DNA of 64,000 bases from an uncultured Porphyromonadaceae bacterium. Lineage in GTDB: Bacteria; Bacteroidota; Bacteroidia; Bacteroidales; Muribaculaceae. The notes beneath the pieces were generated by a model. That model was given only the letters and a program-made list of their open reading frames with translations. It was not told the origin of the DNA and ran no database searches. Positions within the stretch are counted from its first letter, which is position 1. Each line of letters opens with the position of its first letter. The translations under genes and the position numbers were made by a program. The stretch covers positions 6,997 through 70,996 of the forward strand of contig CAMWIM010000004.1 in NCBI GenBank assembly GCA_947174335.1, in the 5' to 3' direction. Shown in pieces: positions 47,383 through 55,026 of the stretch.

Positions 47383-48845
47383 TATTCAATGTTCAGTATG
47401 TTTCTTATAAGTTGAGCGAAACTGTAGTCCGCTTTTTTATGGTATTCAGAAATCGTGGTGTCTCCTTGCGCTAAAAAAGCGGCTTGTTGTTTTGCATACA
47501 ATAAGACATCGATCCATTCATCAATGCTATTCTCGACAATAAGATTGTAAATGTGACAATCTTTTTTTTGAGATAGGCGATGTATCCTATCCTGCGCTTG
47601 CAGATAATCATCTAGATTGAAACCTCGGTCATAAAAAATAGCATGATTAGCATTCGTCAATGTTAATCCCTCTTTTGCCGATTGGGGGGTGGCAAAGAGA
47701 ATCTGAGCATCACCAGATTTGAAAGCATTAACAGAATGGTTTCTGCTTTCCATATTCATTTTCCCCGTAATCTTTACCGAACGGAGAGATTTATATTTCT
47801 TAGAAAGTCTATCAATGTTATCCGTGAAAATGCTCCATACGATTACGCTTTCCTTATTCTCTACTATGGAATGAATTAACTCATCGAGTTTTGCTTCTTT
47901 GGCAGAAATAGCATCGTAAGAATCATCTAAAAGCGATGGATTCGAAGCGATTTGAACTAAGCGGAGTAATCGTTTAATTGCTTCTGGAGATTCATCAAGG
48001 ATGGTACTATCACCTTTAACAACGGATATTTGCATTTCCTTTCTTACTGTGTCATACATTTGGTGTTGTCGTTCCTCAAAGGGGACCGCAATTGTGTGAA
48101 CATACTTACTTGGTAAAGTAATGATCCCACTATTTTTTGTTTCTCGAACAGAGAAGGATCTAATCTTATCAAATATTGATGATACGCTATTTTCAAAGTA
48201 AGCCACCCTACTTTCATTATAACCTAAATCGTTGGATAAGTCACATTGGGTCTTAAATTCATTGAAATCCTCACCAAGACTCTTTCCCTGGTCTAAAAAG
48301 AATATTTGTGCCCAAATATCATACGGACGATTCGCAACTGGGGTGCCGGTCATTATAACTCTACGCTTAAAGTAAGGTGAAAGTTCAAAGAAATCTTTAG
48401 TAAGTTTCGAGTCGGGATTCTTAATCTTTGTAGATTCATCTATTATTATGCCAACGTTCCTAGTTTGAAGAAATAGCTTTATTCTCTCTTTTTCTCCGCT
48501 AATTGTTTCAAAATTGGTAACAATCAATCTTGTCGGACTATTAAACACGAAGAAGTTATCCCCTTTTCTGGAAGTCAAAATGTCGGGACGTAAGGATGTA
48601 TGGTTTTTAATCTCTGAGAGCCAATTAAATACTAATGTCTTTTTTGTAACTATTATAACGGTGTCTATAGAACTCTGAAGCCAGTAAAGAAGAATATCAA
48701 TCGCAATTTTAGTCTTTCCGAGACCTTGCTCATGGAAGATTGCACCATACTCTAAATCTTTAATGGCATCCACTGCCTCAGTTTGATACTTAAAGGCATC
48801 AAACTTAGTGGAGTAATCAAATATTTCATCGTAAATTACAGACAT
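47382..48845 (-). CDS. SNF2-family helicase/translocase (core only, 487 aa)
   Basis: GLGKT (I), IIIDESTKIKN (II), MTGTPVANRPYDIW (III), QAQDRIHRLSQ (VI). Confidence 0.85.
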   Translation of the reverse strand: MSVIYDEIFDYSTKFDAFKYQTEAVDAIKDLEYGAIFHEQGLGKTKIAIDILLYWLQSSIDTVIIVTKKTLVFNWLSEIKNHTSLRPDILTSRKGDNFFVFNSPTRLIVTNFETISGEKERIKLFLQTRNVGIIIDESTKIKNPDSKLTKDFFELSPYFKRRVIMTGTPVANRPYDIWAQIFFLDQGKSLGEDFNEFKTQCDLSNDLGYNESRVAYFENSVSSIFDKIRSFSVRETKNSGIITLPSKYVHTIAVPFEERQHQMYDTVRKEMQISVVKGDSTILDESPEAIKRLLRLVQIASNPSLLDDSYDAISAKEAKLDELIHSIVENKESVIVWSIFTDNIDRLSKKYKSLRSVKITGKMNMESRNHSVNAFKSGDAQILFATPQSAKEGLTLTNANHAIFYDRGFNLDDYLQAQDRIHRLSQKKDCHIYNLIVENSIDEWIDVLLYAKQQAAFLAQGDTTISEYHKKADYSFAQLIRNILNIE

Positions 48846-49255
48846 AAGATCTCGGTGTTAGTGTTGTCTGATAACAGATGAAACGTTACATCCTTTACAT
48901 TATGCTTTTCAATGAGTAAATTAACGTAGTTGAAAAGAGAGCAGAATGCGATGAATGGTACGCATAATACTATGTGGCGTTCTCCGTCAAACAGTTTTAC
49001 CTCCTCAATATAAGAAAGTATTTGGTCTTGAGTGTGTGGATTTATCAGGTCGTTTTCGGTCTTTGCTTCACCTATAATAATAGCTTTAGGATCTTTATAG
49101 AATACATCCGGATAGAAGCCCCCAACTACACGACTAGTACGAGTGTTGTAATTGTCAAGATCGGCTTCAATGAAGTCTACACAACAATACGGTATAGTTT
49201 CAAGATATGAAACTATACTCCTTACAAGTTGTTTGTGTAGCCTACTTTCAGCCAT
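48836..49255 (-). CDS. small PD-(D/E)xK nuclease-fold protein
   Basis: FYPDVFYKDPKAIIIGEAKT gives PD-x12-E-A-K, the classic restriction-endonuclease-like motif. Overlaps both neighbouring genes. Confidence 0.55.
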   Translation of the reverse strand: MAESRLHKQLVRSIVSYLETIPYCCVDFIEADLDNYNTRTSRVVGGFYPDVFYKDPKAIIIGEAKTENDLINPHTQDQILSYIEEVKLFDGERHIVLCVPFIAFCSLFNYVNLLIEKHNVKDVTFHLLSDNTNTEILCL

Positions 49256-50282
49256 TTTGGATTTCGCGGATATTTTCTAGTATGATATTCAGTTGGCTTT
49301 CGAGCGATTGAAGATGATAGACTCGTTCACTAGCTTCACTACTATCATCAGTTGCTAATCTCTTAATTTCAGATATGGAGGGTTCGCTTGAGATGAGTTT
49401 CTTGTATAGTTGAGAGACTAATACATAGTATGGGTATTTGCTCAAGTCGGCAGAGTCTAATTCTGCCGCAAAAATTATTTTTTCGGCTTCTCCCAGATTC
49501 GTATGTAGGAATTTCGCTCTGGCTTCATCATTGGCTAAGACCTTAGGCAGAATACGGACCCTTTGGGCAGTGTCTATATTACCTTCGGCAACCCACTCGG
49601 CAAAAATTGATAAATCAAACCCCGCCTTTCTTATGCTGTATTGGATTGCGTTGTTCTGAAATTCATGGAATTTAGAAAACTCCCGAATATCAAAACGCCT
49701 GTTTCGTTTTGAACTGACATAAGGTCGGTAGTATGTCTCCATATACTGGTAAGCAGCTATACTTCGCTGAATTTCTGTTTTGCCTCCTCCGCATAAGGAG
49801 ATTATAGTATTGAGAGGCATGTGCTCTACCTCACTCAATTGCCAAAGATATTTGGCTTTCGAGTAAGGATCCCAAGCTCGAGGGCCAACGAGATGAGATT
49901 GCAATCGAACCTCATGCTTTTTCTCATTCTCAAGTCGGTCATAAACAATCGCAGGGATTCTATCCCATAGTCCTGAACTATCATTCTTTTGGAACTCTTT
50001 ATAAATCTGAAGACGAGTATTGCCTTCGATAGCAACATACGTTCCATCTTCTTCTAAAGAAACTATAATGGGATGTATAATACCGCCACATTTCTTAATA
50101 GAATCTCTCAAAGATGTATAAGAGGTGGTAGCATCCTGCGTATTTGAGCTATTAGATAACGCAAGAGCAATATGCACCGAGGCAATCTCCTCCCTTGGAT
50201 AGTTGTCAAGATAATTCTTGATACGCGGATTGTCTATATCAAGGCGTATCAGCGATATGTCTAAATTCTCGTGACGTGGCAT
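49248..50282 (-). CDS. ParB/Srx-like N-terminal domain protein (paralog 1)
   Basis: LIRLDIDNPRIKN ... LRDSIKKCGGIIHPIIV...YVAIEGNTRLQIY. Confidence 0.7.
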   Translation of the reverse strand: MPRHENLDISLIRLDIDNPRIKNYLDNYPREEIASVHIALALSNSSNTQDATTSYTSLRDSIKKCGGIIHPIIVSLEEDGTYVAIEGNTRLQIYKEFQKNDSSGLWDRIPAIVYDRLENEKKHEVRLQSHLVGPRAWDPYSKAKYLWQLSEVEHMPLNTIISLCGGGKTEIQRSIAAYQYMETYYRPYVSSKRNRRFDIREFSKFHEFQNNAIQYSIRKAGFDLSIFAEWVAEGNIDTAQRVRILPKVLANDEARAKFLHTNLGEAEKIIFAAELDSADLSKYPYYVLVSQLYKKLISSEPSISEIKRLATDDSSEASERVYHLQSLESQLNIILENIREIQNG

Positions 50283-50284
50283 AA

Positions 50285-51673
50285 CTATTCAGATTTAAGC
50301 CATAGATTCGGGTTTACCAAATCTCTTAGGCGAAGATTAAAGAGTCGTAGTAATTCTTTCTTATGGGATGAGAAGCGTTCCAAAAATGAGATAATGGTTT
50401 TTAAGGGCAATGATATTTTTTTATCAGTATAATAACCATTATTAAAGTCAACTATAAACTCCTCATAAGATTTTATAGGAGTCACTTTTAATCCTAGAGT
50501 ACGTTCCTCCCAAAAAGTTTGGTTTCTATAACAAAATTCCCAAAAGGACATTTTTTTGTAAAAAGCAGGCTGGTTACACCAGCGTGCAATCTGAACATAA
50601 ATGTTTTGGAGTTCATGATTGTGGTAATCTTCATGGCGCATAATATAGCCTAGACAGCCATATTTCATAAGTACTTCTATACGATAAAATATTTCCTTAA
50701 TATCTTTAAGCAATAAATCATCATCGTTAGAATTTAACTTATAACCGCAGAAAAGATAAAATTTTGTTTCTTTTTTATTATATCGTTTCCAAATTTTTAA
50801 TGCTTTCTCAATTTTGGGCCTATCAGACCAATTGTCAAAAGCAAAAATATAATCGCCATGATATTTACATTGTGATAACAACTCTGCAATTTCTTCTCCA
50901 TATGGACTTTCAGCTAAGATACGTTCATCCAAACCTTGCCTAAATTGAAAAGGTCGTCTTGTTTCCATTAACTCCTTTAGAAGTGGTCGCCATATTGAAG
51001 GAGAAGAAGCCAAAAAGTTATCATCCCATAAATAAATATAAGGACGTTTTAGTCTTCCTTTTTCATCTTTTTCATCACTCAAAAACCATTGAATTTTAGA
51101 ATAAGGAAGGATTCTATTCTCAAAACGATTTACACAAAATGGGCATTTGCGGAAACACCCTCTGGTAAGGAATCCAATAGAGTACTGAAGATAATCTTTA
51201 TAATACGATTTCTTTCGTCCTGCTGCAATTCGCTTTTCTATGTATGGAACGTATAGATCATAGAATGGCATCTGATGAGCCATTGAAATGCCCATCTCTT
51301 TGCCATCTCTCATATTTGGATAGCGATTCAAGAATGGGTCATTTTCAAGTTGCATCATATCTACAGAACGATATTGCCTAAATCCCATTTCGTTTTCATT
51401 TAATGCGTAAAACCCAGTACCACCCCAGCGAAAACGAGATTCTTTTCCTTTCTTTTCCTCCTGACTTCTATTAAAAAACTTAGGATCTTTGGTAAATGAA
51501 AAAACCTTACTAATATATATAAGATGAAATTCCGAGATGTCTTCATTCTCAGATTCAATTAATCTAAATTCGATATTATGATCATTAAGAAAACCAGCAA
51601 GTTTAAGCAATGCGAGGTTAGGATGGCGGGTTCCGCCATCCAATAGATCTGCATCGACTAAACCAATTTTCAT
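50285..51673 (-). CDS. radical SAM protein with an N-terminal Rossmann/B12-binding-like domain
   Basis: TRGCFRKCPFC is CxxxCxFC, with the aromatic residue expected before the third Cys. The N-terminus MKIGLVDADL...NLALLKLAGFL resembles class-B radical SAM N-domains. Confidence 0.7.
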   Translation of the reverse strand: MKIGLVDADLLDGGTRHPNLALLKLAGFLNDHNIEFRLIESENEDISEFHLIYISKVFSFTKDPKFFNRSQEEKKGKESRFRWGGTGFYALNENEMGFRQYRSVDMMQLENDPFLNRYPNMRDGKEMGISMAHQMPFYDLYVPYIEKRIAAGRKKSYYKDYLQYSIGFLTRGCFRKCPFCVNRFENRILPYSKIQWFLSDEKDEKGRLKRPYIYLWDDNFLASSPSIWRPLLKELMETRRPFQFRQGLDERILAESPYGEEIAELLSQCKYHGDYIFAFDNWSDRPKIEKALKIWKRYNKKETKFYLFCGYKLNSNDDDLLLKDIKEIFYRIEVLMKYGCLGYIMRHEDYHNHELQNIYVQIARWCNQPAFYKKMSFWEFCYRNQTFWEERTLGLKVTPIKSYEEFIVDFNNGYYTDKKISLPLKTIISFLERFSSHKKELLRLFNLRLRDLVNPNLWLKSE

Positions 51674-52059
51674 TATGTATCTTTGAACTATGCAATTTTA
51701 CATTCATCGACCCCCTGATGAATATATAGATACAAAAAAAGCGCAGGATCCGTACTTGTTACTCGTCCTGCTGCTAAAGGCCTTCGCATTGCCCGAAATA
51801 GTAGAACGAGCAACGCAGAGCCTACGCCGTATGAATATATTATACACCATAGTAGACTATATTATAGATATAATCAACCAATGGGTACACATCATACCCG
51901 AAGACATCTACAGTTGCTTCATTCTCGACTATTTCTTAAGAGGTTGCGAAGTTCTTAGCAGCCAAGAATTAAGCGAAAGTAAACGCTTTTGAAATATGTT
52001 TTAAACCCACCCATCCGACGGATAATTTCGTCATCGGCGTAGATTTCACTGCAAAATTA
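51674..52059 (-). promoter_or_regulatory. structured 5' leader, copy C (in front of the six-gene operon)
   Basis: The -7 box TAATTTTG is the rc of 52052-52059. Small hairpin at 51972-51987. Box gttgcgaagtt at 51943-51953. Long hairpin at 51741-51827 with apex aggccttcgcattgcc at 51778-51793. U7 is the rc of 51734-51740. Confidence 0.7.
51734..51827 (-). terminator. terminator-like long hairpin + U7 inside leader C
   Basis: GCGCAGG (51741-47) pairs with CCTACGC (51821-27), with a G.U pair only if read on the minus strand. Inner stem gttactcgt/acgagcaac. Followed on the minus strand by UUUUUUU. Confidence 0.6.
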
Positions 52060-52200
52060 CAAATAATATTGGGACAATCAATATTTTATCTTAAGAATTA
52101 TATATTAATACACTCTTGGTCTAAAATATGTGTTTTAGTGGCTATGAGATAAATAAACATTACGTTTTTGAGGGGATAAAAGCTCGATTTTCACTGTCTT

Positions 52201-53418
52201 TTACTTCTCTTTCCTCGTGATCGAGGCAATGGTTGCGGTGGCGAGCCCGACGAGGAAAATTGAGAGGGCGACGATGACGATGTCGGAGAGTTTGAGGGCG
52301 ACTGGATAGCTGTCGATAGCGAGGGTGCCGGTCATGGAAGCATTCCCGAGCCCTATTAAGCCGAACTGTTGTTGGAGCCCGACGAGGATGACCCCCAAAA
52401 TTAAACCGATGATACCTCCACCGATAGAGATTAAAAGCCCTTGAATTGCATAAATGCCGCGTATCATCGACGGCGATGCACCGAGCGACATAAGTGTTTG
52501 TGTATTACTTTGTTTCTCGATGATGAGCATCGACATTGTCGAGATGATGTTGAATGAGGCGATTATGAGTATAAAGGCGAGCATGAGAAAGGTTATCCAC
52601 TTCTCAATCGAAATCATTTTAAATGAATCGGCTTGTTGTTCAAGTCGGTTTTTGACGGTCAAACCTTCGGGAAGTTCGGCTTGTATCTCGGCTTGCAGTT
52701 TGTCGGTTTTGTCATCGTCGGGATAGATGCAGATTGTTGATGCTTCGTTTTCATAATCGAGCAGTGAGCGGACAACGTCAATGTCAACCATGATGACGTC
52801 AGTGTCATACATTTCTTGCTCAACTTGCCAAACGCCGCTGATATAGAGCGTGTCGCTACGGAATGAGGATTCGGGCACGGCGGTTGAAATTTTACCGACA
52901 CGACGTGGTACAAACAACATCATCCATTTGCCGTCATTGGGTCGTATGTCAAGATTGATGGCGACACCGACACTCGACAGGGCGGTGTAGGGCGCAACAT
53001 CGCTGATTTGGGTAGTACCGTCAATCGTGATTGCCTTTATATCAGCATTTTGCACAAAATCGCGACTGACGCCCATAACATTGACTGTCATTTGATGTCC
53101 GCTTGACGATGCAAGAGCCTGTTCTTTGAGGACAGACGAGACTCTGACACCTGCAAATTGTTCTGAAATAACTTTGGCAAGGCTGTCGGCATTCTCGATA
53201 ACTTTGCCTGTATCGGGCACAATTGCCAGTGGCGGGTCAATGCGCGACAACTGCTTCATCGCAAGGTCGCTGAACCCGTTGAAGACCGATAAAACCACAA
53301 TCAATGCCGTTGTGGCTACAGCGATTCCTGCCACCGATATCATCGAAATGACATTGACAGCATTATGTCTTTTGGGAGAAAAAAGATAGCGGATTGCTAT
53401 CAGAAACTGTAGCCTCAT
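52201..53418 (-). CDS. LolC/LolE-like FtsX-family ABC transporter permease
   Basis: MRLQFLIAIRYLFSPKRHNAVNVISMISVAGIAV is the typical LolE N-terminus. Four TM segments plus a periplasmic loop. Confidence 0.8.
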   Translation of the reverse strand: MRLQFLIAIRYLFSPKRHNAVNVISMISVAGIAVATTALIVVLSVFNGFSDLAMKQLSRIDPPLAIVPDTGKVIENADSLAKVISEQFAGVRVSSVLKEQALASSSGHQMTVNVMGVSRDFVQNADIKAITIDGTTQISDVAPYTALSSVGVAINLDIRPNDGKWMMLFVPRRVGKISTAVPESSFRSDTLYISGVWQVEQEMYDTDVIMVDIDVVRSLLDYENEASTICIYPDDDKTDKLQAEIQAELPEGLTVKNRLEQQADSFKMISIEKWITFLMLAFILIIASFNIISTMSMLIIEKQSNTQTLMSLGASPSMIRGIYAIQGLLISIGGGIIGLILGVILVGLQQQFGLIGLGNASMTGTLAIDSYPVALKLSDIVIVALSIFLVGLATATIASITRKEK

Positions 53419-53762
53419 TATTTCTTATCGGCGTCAAGGAGCGCGTCGATTTTTTCGATATAATCGAGCGAATCATCGAGATGGAATGAGAGTTCGGGCG
53501 TTTTTCTCAACTGAAATCTCACTTTTTGAGCAAGTTCATAACGGATTGTACGGGCATTTCGGTTAATGCTGTCAATCATTTCGGCACCTTTATCAGACGG
53601 GAAAACCGAGAGATAGGCGCGGGCAATGCTGAGGTCGGGCGAAACTTTCACCGAGCTTACCGATACGATTACGCCATGAGTTTTGGCGGTTTGCTGACGG
53701 AAAATTTCACTTAATTCTTTTTGAATGAGTCTTGATATTTTTGCTTGACGAGTTGATTCCAT
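53418..53762 (-). CDS. rbfA: ribosome-binding factor A
   Basis: 114 aa. RQAKISRLIQKELSEIF...VSVSSVKVSPDLSIARAYLSVF is the RbfA signature. Confidence 0.85.
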   Translation of the reverse strand: MESTRQAKISRLIQKELSEIFRQQTAKTHGVIVSVSSVKVSPDLSIARAYLSVFPSDKGAEMIDSINRNARTIRYELAQKVRFQLRKTPELSFHLDDSLDYIEKIDALLDADKK

Positions 53763-53820
53763 AATGTTTGTTGTTTTATTATAATTTTTATTATAATAAC
53801 GTATTGTCGCCGCAGATGGT

Positions 53821-55017
53821 TTATTTTATTACTGCTAAACCGCCTTGTGAAGTCTCTTTGTAAAGACTCGGGATGTCATGACCGGTCTGTTTCATAACTT
53901 CAACGATACGGTCAAATGAAACTGAGTGATGACCATCGGAAAACGCTGCAAAAAGGTTTGAGTCGAGGGCGCGCGCGGCGGCATAGGCATTACGTTCGAT
54001 ACAAGGAATCTGGACGAGACCGCAAACAGGGTCACAGGTCAATCCTAAGTGGTGTTCGAGCGCCATTTCGGCTGCATATTCAATTTGGGCAGGCGACCCT
54101 CCGAACAGATGACTTGCGGCGGCTGCACCCATCGCACATGCGACCCCGATTTCACCTTGACAACCTACTTCGGCGCCTGATATTGAAGCGTTTGTCTTCA
54201 CTACGTTGCCAAAAATTCCGGCAGTGGCAAGAGCACGCAAAATACGTTTATCGCTGAATGATTTTGAGGTGCTGAGGTGATATAGAACGGCTGGAACTAC
54301 GCCACTTGATCCGCAGGTCGGGGCGGTAACGATTTTTCCGCCCGAAGCATTTTCTTCAGAGACTGCCAAGGCATAGGCATAAACCAATCCGCGACTTTTA
54401 AGATTGTTCGTATAACCCGCTGCATGAACATGATAGCTTACCGCTTTGCGTCTTACGCCAAGTCCTCCGGGCAAAACGCCCTCGGCTTCGATACCACGTT
54501 CAACAGCTTCTTTCATTGTTTTCCATACTTCGTTGAGATAGTCCCAAACGTCGCTGTTTTCACACATATCGACATATTCCCAATAGGAGCGACCGGTTTC
54601 CTCGCACCATTGCATAATGTCTTTTATGGTGGTGAGTTTGTATATCGATTCTCCGGCAACACGTTCTTGACCTTCGCGACAGATGTCACCGCCTCCAATC
54701 GAGAAAACCGTATCAGTATCAATTATTTTGCCCTCGCTGTCAAATGCTTTGAAAGTCATTCCGTTAGGATGGAAATCAAGAAACACTTTCGGTTCCCAAA
54801 CAATTGTTGTGGGGGCTGTCGGTTCGAGAGTCTCTAAAATTGCGCGGTCGGTAAGGTGACCGACTCCTGTAGCTGCGAGCGATCCGTAGAGTGTCACCTC
54901 AAAGCGGGCTGCATTTGGGTTGCGGGCAAGAAACTCTTCCGAAGCTTTGCGCGGACCCATCGTGTGGCTGCTCGACGGTCCATATCCTATTTTAAATAAT
55001 CGTTTTATCGATTCCAT
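53821..55017 (-). CDS. sdaA: L-serine ammonia-lyase (iron-sulfur dependent, fused alpha/beta)
   Basis: FKIGYGPSSSHTMGP N-terminal motif. Conserved Cys residues (APTCGSSG, IPCIERN). Confidence 0.85.
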   Translation of the reverse strand: MESIKRLFKIGYGPSSSHTMGPRKASEEFLARNPNAARFEVTLYGSLAATGVGHLTDRAILETLEPTAPTTIVWEPKVFLDFHPNGMTFKAFDSEGKIIDTDTVFSIGGGDICREGQERVAGESIYKLTTIKDIMQWCEETGRSYWEYVDMCENSDVWDYLNEVWKTMKEAVERGIEAEGVLPGGLGVRRKAVSYHVHAAGYTNNLKSRGLVYAYALAVSEENASGGKIVTAPTCGSSGVVPAVLYHLSTSKSFSDKRILRALATAGIFGNVVKTNASISGAEVGCQGEIGVACAMGAAAASHLFGGSPAQIEYAAEMALEHHLGLTCDPVCGLVQIPCIERNAYAAARALDSNLFAAFSDGHHSVSFDRIVEVMKQTGHDIPSLYKETSQGGLAVIK

Positions 55018-55026
55018 GTATCTGTT

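Noticed and set aside
51674-52059. The three-copy element as a MITE or other mobile repeat
   Set aside because: There are no terminal inverted repeats or target-site duplications. The copies are conserved only in discrete blocks separated by a variable spacer. All three keep the same position and orientation relative to a promoter box and a start codon.
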